A stretch of DNA of 31,270 nucleotides. It comes from an uncultured Candidatus Saccharibacteria bacterium (GTDB lineage Bacteria; Patescibacteriota; Minisyncoccia; Minisyncoccales; CG1-02-41-26). A program made the position numbers and the translations under genes. Under the pieces are notes generated by a model that had not been told where the DNA came from, ran no database searches, and worked only from the letters and a program-made list of their open reading frames with translations. The DNA lies in contig CAYQJC010000002.1 in NCBI GenBank assembly GCA_964417825.1, forward strand, positions 1-31,270. The letters run 5' to 3'. Positions 8,381 through 14,843 of the stretch are shown here, piece by piece; positions within the stretch are counted from its first letter, which is position 1; the number at the start of each line of letters is the position of its first letter.

Positions 8381-9271
8381 TTATTTAACCGGCTTAAACT
8401 CCTCCCAGCCAAAATGTTCTGGATATTCTCGCCAAGGTCCTTCGCAAATTTTAAAATATTTACACCTCTTGCAACTTTCCGCTTTGGTTTTACCTTCCTC
8501 TTTTCTCGCTTTAGTGAAATTAATTATTTGATCTCGCTCAAATACTGTAGTATCTGGTATAATTTTCTCAGCAATATAATCTTCATAGCCTTTCATAAAA
8601 CAGAGGGGAATGGCTTCAGTCATTACTCTCTTGCCGGCTTTTCGTCCAATATCTAACCCTTCTTTCACGAAGGGTTCAACTAAGCTTTTTCTTGGAACAA
8701 TTGAATCAAAATTTTCTTCTGCCCTGCCCAAAGCATGAGGGAAGGCAAATTGAAACTGATCTACTCCAAGTTTCACCAGAAGCTTTGCAATCTCGGGAAG
8801 ATGTCGATAGTTAGACTTAGTAATAACAGTATTGGTTACTACCGCAACTCCCAGTAATTTGAGATTTTTTATCCCTCTCACTGTTTGGGAAAAACTTCCT
8901 TTAACGGTCGTTAAATAATCATGAAGTTGAGGAATATGCCCGTGTAAAGCAGGTGAAAATTCGTTGGCTCCAGCTAAAATTGTTTTTTTGCAAAATTCTT
9001 TGTAAGCGAACATCCTGCCATTAGTTTGGATTTGGATAATCTTAAATTTTAGATTACTAGCATATCTTACTAATTCTAAAAAATCTTTTCTTATTGTCGG
9101 TTCTCCACCAGTGAAGACTACTCCCTGACAATTTTCTTTTTTTGCCTTCCTTAGGGCTTCTTTAACTTCCTGGGTAGTTTTATCGGGATAAATCTCTCTT
9201 TTGTTACCTTGAACGCAAAAACGACATCTATTATTACAAGAAAACCCCACTTTTATATCTGCTCTTTTCAT
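8381..9271 (-). CDS. Radical SAM protein, HxsC-like paralog
   Basis: CNNRCRFC, FTGGEPTI, QTNGR, IPLC...CKRCKYFKICEG; first gene after precursor 9406-9660. Confidence 0.85.
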   Translation of the reverse strand: MKRADIKVGFSCNNRCRFCVQGNKREIYPDKTTQEVKEALRKAKKENCQGVVFTGGEPTIRKDFLELVRYASNLKFKIIQIQTNGRMFAYKEFCKKTILAGANEFSPALHGHIPQLHDYLTTVKGSFSQTVRGIKNLKLLGVAVVTNTVITKSNYRHLPEIAKLLVKLGVDQFQFAFPHALGRAEENFDSIVPRKSLVEPFVKEGLDIGRKAGKRVMTEAIPLCFMKGYEDYIAEKIIPDTTVFERDQIINFTKARKEEGKTKAESCKRCKYFKICEGPWREYPEHFGWEEFKPVK

Positions 9272-9293
9272 AAAATCTTCCGTGTCTCAGCTT

Positions 9294-9321
9294 ATTATAA
9301 TAAAAAAAGAGATTTTAGCAA
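9294..9321 (-). promoter_or_regulatory. Sigma70-type promoter for the 9271->1056 maturase operon
   Basis: Minus strand TTGCTA (9321-9316), 16 nt, TATAAT (9299-9294), 22 nt upstream of the ATG at 9271. Confidence 0.55.
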
Positions 9322-9322
9322 T

Positions 9323-9346
9323 AAAAAAGAGCTTAAATAAGGCTCT
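9323..9346 (-). terminator. Putative intrinsic terminator downstream of precursor hxsA1
   Basis: Minus strand AGAGC-C-TTA-TT-TAA-GCTCT followed by a T run; the stem is weak. Confidence 0.45.
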
Positions 9347-9374
9347 CTTGGTAACTTTAGAGAAATGATTAAAA

Positions 9375-9396
9375 TTTTAAAATACCCTCGGGTATT
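9375..9396 (-). terminator. Stem-loop 10 nt after the hxsA1 stop (terminator or mRNA-stabilising hairpin)
   Basis: AATACC-CGAG-GGTATT followed by TTAAAATTTT on the minus strand. Confidence 0.4.
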
Positions 9397-9405
9397 CTCA
9401 AGGCC

Positions 9406-9660
9406 TTACCAATTTCCATGGGAACCATGGGAACCATGGGAACCATGAGAACCATGGGAAGTATGAGAAGCATGACGTCCTCGAGCTCCTGAGTTGTGAA
9501 AATAATTGCTGTGTCCAGCGTGAGTAATAGTTGCATCTAAAGCGATCCCAATTACAGCTAAAGCAGCTCCAATTTTAGCAATACTTTTTTTACTTATTTT
9601 CCCCTCTTCGGAGTTAAGAAAAGTTCTAAGATTTTTTTTGATTTTTGGAATTTTCTTCAT
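9406..9660 (-). CDS. hxsA: His-Xaa-Ser repeat precursor peptide 1 (HxsA-like)
   Basis: 84 aa: basic leader, FLNSEEGKISKK, hydrophobic stretch, THA-G, then HNS...HAS HTS HGS HGS HGS HGS HGN W; located in a cluster with HxsB and HxsD. Confidence 0.85.
   Translation of the reverse strand: MKKIPKIKKNLRTFLNSEEGKISKKSIAKIGAALAVIGIALDATITHAGHSNYFHNSGARGRHASHTSHGSHGSHGSHGSHGNW
9416..9460. repeat. Five tandem 9-bp units (ccatgggaa x3, ccatgagaa, ccatgggaa) encoding Ser-His-Gly repeats
   Basis: Read directly from the sequence; in frame within hxsA1. Confidence 0.95.
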
Positions 9661-9681
9661 AATATTTTAAAATTACTTTAA

Positions 9682-10641
9682 TTATTTTCCCCAGAGAATT
9701 TGTTCATATATTTTTGTTTTCATATCACAATACTTCTCTTTTAATGCTTTCCCATAGAGATTTTGGCAAGTTTTTCCTTCATAAAATAACCCTCTAACCT
9801 GTTTAACAAATTCTACCTCTTGGTGAGATCGATTAAGAATTTTCGACCTTTCTTGAAATTTCTCAGCAGCTTTTTCTCCATTAGGCAGAAGAGACTGAAA
9901 ATAGTAAACTATCATCTCGCAATTATTTTTCTCATCTTTCTCTAATTTTTTGCATAAGTTTAGATCATCCAAAGCTAAGGCTTCACAAGAAGTTTGAAAA
10001 GATGGATTATTCTCTATTTTCGAGCAAAATTGAGCATCTTCCTTAGATAAGACCTCAAGAGCAATCTCGCAGTACTCCTTGCTGCCTCCCATATATTTTG
10101 ATACCTGTTCTTCTTCACAGATACTAATATCGGGGGATCTATTTTCAATTATAGGTAAGATAACTTTATAATAAATAAAATAATTCCGCTGACAAGTATC
10201 GTAACTTACTTTTGCCTCCTCCCCTTTCGCCCCTTCAACAACTTCTCCACTTTCTCTGGTTATCTCTTCAGGACCCATCTCAAAAAATCTATCACATTCT
10301 GCTAAATTTTCATGTTCAAGAGCTAAACAAAATATGAAATCTCTGGACAGTCTCTTTACCTCCCATTCTCCAAACTCCCCCATCTCTTCTCCGGGAAGAG
10401 TCACTGGTTCTATTGCCCAAGCTTCCAACAAAGGCTGAGGAGTCTTCAAACAAGTTTCTTTAAATTTTTCAACTTTCATATCAATCTCCTCTCTTTGAGA
10501 AACAGAAATTTCTTCTCCGGGCTTTCCTTTTTTCTTCCAAAATTCTGCTATTTCTTCTTTTTGAAGAAATACGAACAAAGAAGCTTGGAAAACTACTATC
10601 GCGATTAAAATCCAAATAATAATTTTTATCTTTTTCTCCAC
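9682..10641 (-). CDS. Cys-rich, N-terminally membrane-anchored protein (paralog family member 1)
   Basis: N-terminal TM IIIWILIAIVVFQASLFVFL, 12 Cys in short helical repeats, C-terminal KEKYC; ends 21 nt before hxsA1. Confidence 0.8.
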   Translation of the reverse strand: MEKKIKIIIWILIAIVVFQASLFVFLQKEEIAEFWKKKGKPGEEISVSQREEIDMKVEKFKETCLKTPQPLLEAWAIEPVTLPGEEMGEFGEWEVKRLSRDFIFCLALEHENLAECDRFFEMGPEEITRESGEVVEGAKGEEAKVSYDTCQRNYFIYYKVILPIIENRSPDISICEEEQVSKYMGGSKEYCEIALEVLSKEDAQFCSKIENNPSFQTSCEALALDDLNLCKKLEKDEKNNCEMIVYYFQSLLPNGEKAAEKFQERSKILNRSHQEVEFVKQVRGLFYEGKTCQNLYGKALKEKYCDMKTKIYEQILWGK

Positions 10642-10664
10642 AAAAATCTATTATTAATTATTTT

Positions 10665-10694
10665 ATTATAAGTCAGCGGAAGAAAACAAGTCAA
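10665..10694 (-). promoter_or_regulatory. Sigma70-type promoter for Cys-rich gene plus hxsA1
   Basis: TTGACT (10694-10689), 18 nt, TATAAT (10670-10665). Confidence 0.55.
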
Positions 10695-10708
10695 TATCAA
10701 AATTAAAT

Positions 10709-11857
10709 TTAACGGAAAATAGCTAAAATAATGCTCAAAATGGAATTTTGGGTAACTAAAGTAATAATAAACCCCAAAAATAAAAAAGGAGAAAATGGGA
10801 AAGTACGATAAATTTTTAATTTCTTTTCCGGTTCCTGACCCCAGATCTTCCTAATGAAATTTACCTGATCCTCAGTTAGTCCCTCAGAGAAAAAAGACCC
10901 TATTTTAGCTTCTATTTCTTTTTTTGTTTTTAATTGCATCTTTTTCAAGAGTTCTCTTAAAGTTGTTTGAGAAAGAATCATCTGAGGTCGGAGCTCTTTT
11001 AATTTTATTTCTCTGGTTTCTTTCTTTTCAATGTAAAAATCTAATATCTGACGAAGCAAGTTTATAATGACCATAAAAAATAAAGCAGTTTTAAGAATAT
11101 TAAAAAGAACTCCTAATTGAGAAGTGCTCACTAAGTACCCACTGTAAACCAAAGAGCCAATTCCTAATCCTAAAACAACTTTTTTCTTTTTACCTAAAAT
11201 TCTAAAAATAACTCTATAAGAGAAAAAGATAACAAAGAAAATTAAAACTGGATTTGAAATAACAGAGCTGAGCTGCTGAGAAACCTGGGCCCTTGCTAAA
11301 TGTAAAATAATAAATATCGAAATAAACCCTACAAAAGTACCGGCTATCTTCTTGACTTTCGGTTTAATCTCAATAAATAGTTTTTTCAAAGAACTAAAAT
11401 TAATTTTGGTCTTTTTTATCTTTAAAATTTCTTTTATCCCTATTACTGAACCTTGAATCACCAAAAGAATAAGTAAAGGAAAAAAGGTATTAACTAAGAG
11501 ACAAAAAGAAGGAAAATAAGGTAGATAACTTTTTGAATAAAATTTTAAAGGCAAAAGCAAAGCATATAAAGTGAAAAGTTTAGCATCACCAGCTGACCAG
11601 AGATTAAAATACCAAATCCCATAACCTACCAAAAAGGCAATTCCTCCATTTAATAAAAGGTTTAGTAAATAGCGATCATTCTCCGGCTCATGAAGATAAA
11701 AAAGATTGTAAAGAAATAGTCCGAGATAAAGAAAAATCGCCCACATTAAACCAAAAAGAATCCACTTATTTTTAATTTTCCCATACCTAATATCAGTGAA
11801 ACAACAAATACCACCAACAATAAAAAGAGGGGTTAAGAATAAAAAATCAATAATCAT
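10709..11857 (-). CDS. A24-family prepilin/preflagellin-type aspartic peptidase with an extended membrane region
   Basis: Catalytic-type motifs TDIRYGKIKN and SAGDAKL, many TM segments, KELRPQMIL and C-terminal FPFSPFLFLG. Confidence 0.8.
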   Translation of the reverse strand: MIIDFLFLTPLFIVGGICCFTDIRYGKIKNKWILFGLMWAIFLYLGLFLYNLFYLHEPENDRYLLNLLLNGGIAFLVGYGIWYFNLWSAGDAKLFTLYALLLPLKFYSKSYLPYFPSFCLLVNTFFPLLILLVIQGSVIGIKEILKIKKTKINFSSLKKLFIEIKPKVKKIAGTFVGFISIFIILHLARAQVSQQLSSVISNPVLIFFVIFFSYRVIFRILGKKKKVVLGLGIGSLVYSGYLVSTSQLGVLFNILKTALFFMVIINLLRQILDFYIEKKETREIKLKELRPQMILSQTTLRELLKKMQLKTKKEIEAKIGSFFSEGLTEDQVNFIRKIWGQEPEKKLKIYRTFPFSPFLFLGFIITLVTQNSILSIILAIFR

Positions 11858-11879
11858 AACAAAGAGGATTTATAATTTG

Positions 11880-11908
11880 AGTATAGAAAATAATTAGTTC
11901 TGAGTAAA
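11880..11908 (-). promoter_or_regulatory. Sigma70-type promoter for the A24 peptidase
   Basis: TTTACT (11908-11903), 17 nt, TATACT (11885-11880). Confidence 0.45.
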
Positions 11909-11915
11909 CCAAAAT

Positions 11916-11943
11916 TTGACAATTTAAGCTCTTGATGTATTAT
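11916..11943 (+). promoter_or_regulatory. Divergent sigma70-type promoter for the small plus-strand ORF
   Basis: TTGACA (11916-11921), 16 nt, TATTAT (11938-11943); SD AAGGAGG at 11986-11992. Confidence 0.5.
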
Positions 11944-11998
11944 TAAATATAAAATTGCACCTTTCAAAGCATAAATAACTCAAGAAAGGAGGAGAAAA

Positions 11999-12241
11999 TT
12001 GAAAGAAAGATTTTATAGATTAAATGTAGGTTGGGAGACAATTGTTTTAGCTCTCCTGGTCATTATAGCTCTAAGCGGAACTCAGCGAATAACCACTTCA
12101 CCGAATAAGAGTTTCGTAACCCAGATCCCAAATTTTCTCCAACCACCAACCCGAGAAGAAATTAGAAAAACGGAGAGGATCAGAATAAGGATCGACGTAA
12201 GCCGAAATATTTGTTTGGCAAACCTCTTCGTTATTGGTTAA
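11999..12241 (+). CDS. Small hydrophobic hypothetical protein, probably a truncated membrane or secreted protein
   Basis: Strong SD 6 nt before TTG, upstream promoter, hydrophobic IVLALLVIIAL. The 3' part is antisense to the conserved portion of the 12098-12524 pseudogene. Confidence 0.5.
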   Translation: MKERFYRLNVGWETIVLALLVIIALSGTQRITTSPNKSFVTQIPNFLQPPTREEIRKTERIRIRIDVSRNICLANLFVIG

Positions 12242-12524
12242 AGCGGCTTGACATCCCAGGTAACCAATAAACCGATTGAGCAGTTCATCATCCAAAATAT
12301 TTGCGAAAGAACCGTCTTGAAGAATTCTATCCGAATCGAAATTCTCCAAGCAATATTCTTTTCTTCTTTCAACTGCTTTCTGGAGAAACTTTTGAATTTC
12401 CAAAGATATTTTAGAAGGAATTTCTTCTTTTTTCTCAAGATAACTTTTTCCAAGAAATATAAATTAAAAACAAGAACGATGAGTAAAGCTATCGTTAAGA
12501 TTAGAATTTTTTTCTCTTTTCCAT
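12098..12524 (-). pseudogene. Frameshifted and truncated Cys-rich membrane-anchored paralog (family member 2)
   Basis: ATG at 12522-12524. One added base at T7 12507-12513 and at T6 12428-12433 gives MEKRKKILILTIALLIVLVFNLYFL...VERRKEYCLENFD...YLGCQAALTNNEEVC, matching VEKRKEYCYNNFN...YITCKAV of 18011-18841. Similarity is lost after about 12200. Confidence 0.75.
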
Positions 12525-12558
12525 TATTTATTTGACTTAGAAACCTCTTTGATTTAAT

Positions 12559-13356
12559 TTAATCCCTTCCCCAAACCTTGCGATGACAATATTTTGTTTT
12601 AAACTTCTCAAATTTTTCTTGACAAAAAGAAGTTGGGTTTTCCCTAAAGAATAACTGGCAATACATTTTAATATGAGGGTGTTCTATTTGGTTACATTTT
12701 GATTCTTCATTATCAATTAGGGCTTTGTAATACCGAGCTTGACTCTGGCAATACATTCTTTTTTCTTGAGAGTTATAAAAATTACAATATTTTTCATCCC
12801 CAGATAGCATAGCTAAACACCAGGCTTTAAAATCTTCATCTCCCCCTTCACTGCAGCGATAAAAGTCCCTTTCTAAGATTGCCAGACAAAATTTCTGGCA
12901 CCAAGCTTCCAGAGCTGGGTCTCCAGAATTACTAATTGCTTTTTTACACGCTTCAATTTCTCCTGCTTCACATTTTTTGTTTTTAATTATTCTTCCCAAG
13001 AAATTGGGAAAGAGATAAAATAATCTCTGACAATTTTTAGCAATATCAGGAGAAATATTTTTTAATAAGTTGCACTGAAAGGGATTTTGCTTTATAGCTG
13101 CTTGACATTCTAGGTATTGGATTAAATTTTCCATTGACTCTTGGCTATAGTAAATTACCCCTTCTCGAATCACCTGATTAAAATCAAACCTCTCTAGACA
13201 CTCTTTTTCTTTTTTCTCCAAAACCACCTGAAGTTCGGGTGAAATAGTTGGAGTGACTTCTTCTTTTTCTTTTGGTCGTCGAAGAACAATTAATGTAATG
13301 TTTAATATTACACCAATTGCTATTAGAGAGAGTATAATAATCAGTTTTTTGTTCAT
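12559..13356 (-). CDS. Cys-rich, N-terminally membrane-anchored protein (family member 3)
   Basis: TM LIIILSLIAIGVILNITLIVL, 16 Cys, KEKECLERFDFN, YLECQAA, C-terminal KTKYC. Confidence 0.8.
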   Translation of the reverse strand: MNKKLIIILSLIAIGVILNITLIVLRRPKEKEEVTPTISPELQVVLEKKEKECLERFDFNQVIREGVIYYSQESMENLIQYLECQAAIKQNPFQCNLLKNISPDIAKNCQRLFYLFPNFLGRIIKNKKCEAGEIEACKKAISNSGDPALEAWCQKFCLAILERDFYRCSEGGDEDFKAWCLAMLSGDEKYCNFYNSQEKRMYCQSQARYYKALIDNEESKCNQIEHPHIKMYCQLFFRENPTSFCQEKFEKFKTKYCHRKVWGRD

Positions 13357-13383
13357 ATTTTTGATTATTTATTATCTAAAATT

Positions 13384-13392
13384 ATTATACCA
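13384..13392 (-). promoter_or_regulatory. Extended -10 promoter element
   Basis: TGGTATAAT on the minus strand, 27 nt upstream of ATG 13356. Confidence 0.4.
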
Positions 13393-13431
13393 AAAAGAAG
13401 GAAAAAACATAAATCTTAAATATATGAACTT

Positions 13432-13476
13432 GGAGACAGTCCCCGTCAAGAGAGGAGTTTCTCGAGGACTGTCCCC
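13432..13476. repeat. Two one-mismatch copies of the palindrome GGGGACWGTCCCC, together forming a hairpin
   Basis: ggagacagtcccc (13432-13444) and gaggactgtcccc (13464-13476); gacagtcc pairs with ggactgtc. Confidence 0.65.
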
Positions 13477-13566
13477 TAAGATATGTCCGAGATCAAGAAT
13501 GCCTACCTCTCATCTCTTTTTAAAGACCCCTTAGGTGGATAATATCATATGAACCAGTACACAATC

Positions 13567-13595
13567 TTGACATTTATTTTGATTTACGCTATAAT
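13567..13595 (+). promoter_or_regulatory. Perfect-consensus sigma70 promoter
   Basis: TTGACA (13567-13572), 17 nt, TATAAT (13590-13595); 5' UTR hairpin 13606-13637; SD AAGGAGG 13658-13664. Confidence 0.75.
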
Positions 13596-13669
13596 CTTCA
13601 TTGGAGATTGAGGAAATATAAAACTTACTCCTCAGTCAAATTAACAATTAAAGTAAAAAGGAGGGGAAA

Positions 13670-14182
13670 ATGAAAAGGATCTTGATTGCAATCTTGGTAG
13701 CTCTACTAGGAATAGGGCTTGCTACTCCTGCTTTCAGTAATACTCTATCTCTACAGGAGATGATTACTGTAAAAGAGATCCAATATCCTTATTACTCAGT
13801 GAGCTGGAGGAAAGAGACCTTATTCAGAGAATTAACTTTCTCTTTCTGCCCAGAAGCAGTGAGGTATCAAAGACAAGGTACTCAACTCTATATCATTTTA
13901 GGCACTTTCTCCACTCAAGTGGCAATAGAAGAAGCACCAAGGGAATTAACTCTCAAACCCAAAAAGATAATGGTGGATGTAACTCTAATTCTGAAATTGA
14001 GATTCGGAAGAGAAGAAGATTTAGAGAATTTCCTGGAAGCTCTGAAAGAAATAACTCAAAAGGAACTAAGAGGAAAAGTTGTATGCAAAGCCTACCCGGA
14101 AGTGAAAGTAGATATTGCCCGAGTATTCAGAACCAACTTACAGTACTTTGCTACAGGAATTCTTTACCTTAAAGGACTCTGA
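13670..14182 (+). CDS. Secreted hypothetical protein
   Basis: 170 aa with signal peptide MKRILIAILVALLGIGLATPAFS, strong SD, own promoter and terminator. Confidence 0.8.
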   Translation: MKRILIAILVALLGIGLATPAFSNTLSLQEMITVKEIQYPYYSVSWRKETLFRELTFSFCPEAVRYQRQGTQLYIILGTFSTQVAIEEAPRELTLKPKKIMVDVTLILKLRFGREEDLENFLEALKEITQKELRGKVVCKAYPEVKVDIARVFRTNLQYFATGILYLKGL

Positions 14183-14186
14183 AACT

Positions 14187-14225
14187 AAAAAACCCGTCTA
14201 TGCTTTCCCAAGCTAGACGGGTTTT
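14187..14225. terminator. Bidirectional intrinsic terminator
   Basis: aaaacccgtcta...gctt-tccc-aagc...tagacgggtttt: a 12-bp outer stem with A/T tracts on both sides, between convergent genes. Confidence 0.85.
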
Positions 14226-14294
14226 GATATATGAATTAGGTAAAACTTAAAGAGATTAAAAAAAATTTCTTCAACTAACTTAAAATCCCTCAGC

Positions 14295-14843
14295 TCAATT
14301 TTTAGAGCCAGAGGGCTTTTTATTTGATTTTTTCTTTTTCTCTTCTTCTTCCAACTTTTCAAGCGCCTTTAAATAATGGCGGCTTAATTCAAAAGCTGGA
14401 GGTGAAAATTTTTGGATTTGTTCCATCCGTTTTTGGAAAATTTTCAAGATTCTAATGGTATCAATAACACTAAGATGATAGTCGATAAATCTCCGAATGG
14501 CAAATATTGTCTCTCGTATCTCTATTTGTCTACCAACTTCCTCATTCCAAGCAGAAGCAAGAATAATAAATTCATTAACTAAATCTTTAAGAATCGGGGT
14601 GAGGGGTTGCTCAATGACAATTCTTAATAAAAGATTTAATATTTGTTTTATTTGGCTTTTTTCTTCTTCATTAACCCTAACTTTTCTTTTTTTTCGTTTT
14701 TCTTTCAATTGTCCGCCCATTAGCTCAACAGTTTTCTTGACTAAATCTAATTTCTCTTGGGTGAGAACGGAGTAAATCTGAATATGGCCCAAAATCTCCT
14801 TTAGTTTTTTAATATTTGGTTGATAAATAATTTTATTCTTCAT
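14295..14843 (-). CDS. Hypothetical helical protein coupled to the radical SAM pair
   Basis: 182 aa; start overlaps the upstream radical SAM stop by 11 nt; FSPPAFELSRHYL segment; no recognised family. Confidence 0.7.
   Translation of the reverse strand: MKNKIIYQPNIKKLKEILGHIQIYSVLTQEKLDLVKKTVELMGGQLKEKRKKRKVRVNEEEKSQIKQILNLLLRIVIEQPLTPILKDLVNEFIILASAWNEEVGRQIEIRETIFAIRRFIDYHLSVIDTIRILKIFQKRMEQIQKFSPPAFELSRHYLKALEKLEEEEKKKKSNKKPSGSKN

Noticed and set aside
9416-9460. Tandem 9-bp repeats (also 17727-17753) as a CRISPR array or non-coding VNTR
   Set aside because: No spacers; the units are in-frame Ser-His-Gly codons of the precursors.
12098-12100. TGA read-through (selenocysteine or genetic code 25) to extend the truncated paralog
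   Set aside because: A TAG follows eight codons later, no family similarity resumes, and TGA acts as a normal stop elsewhere (for example 1056-1058).
12238-12535. ORF-track entries 12238..12453 (-) and 12248..12535 (+) as independent genes
   Set aside because: The first is the middle frame of the frameshifted Cys-rich paralog; the second is its antisense shadow.
13480-13670. Cobalamin riboswitch or tRNA in the largest intergenic region
   Set aside because: No B12-box, cloverleaf or T-loop consensus seen; only a promoter and a simple hairpin. A covariance-model scan would be decisive.
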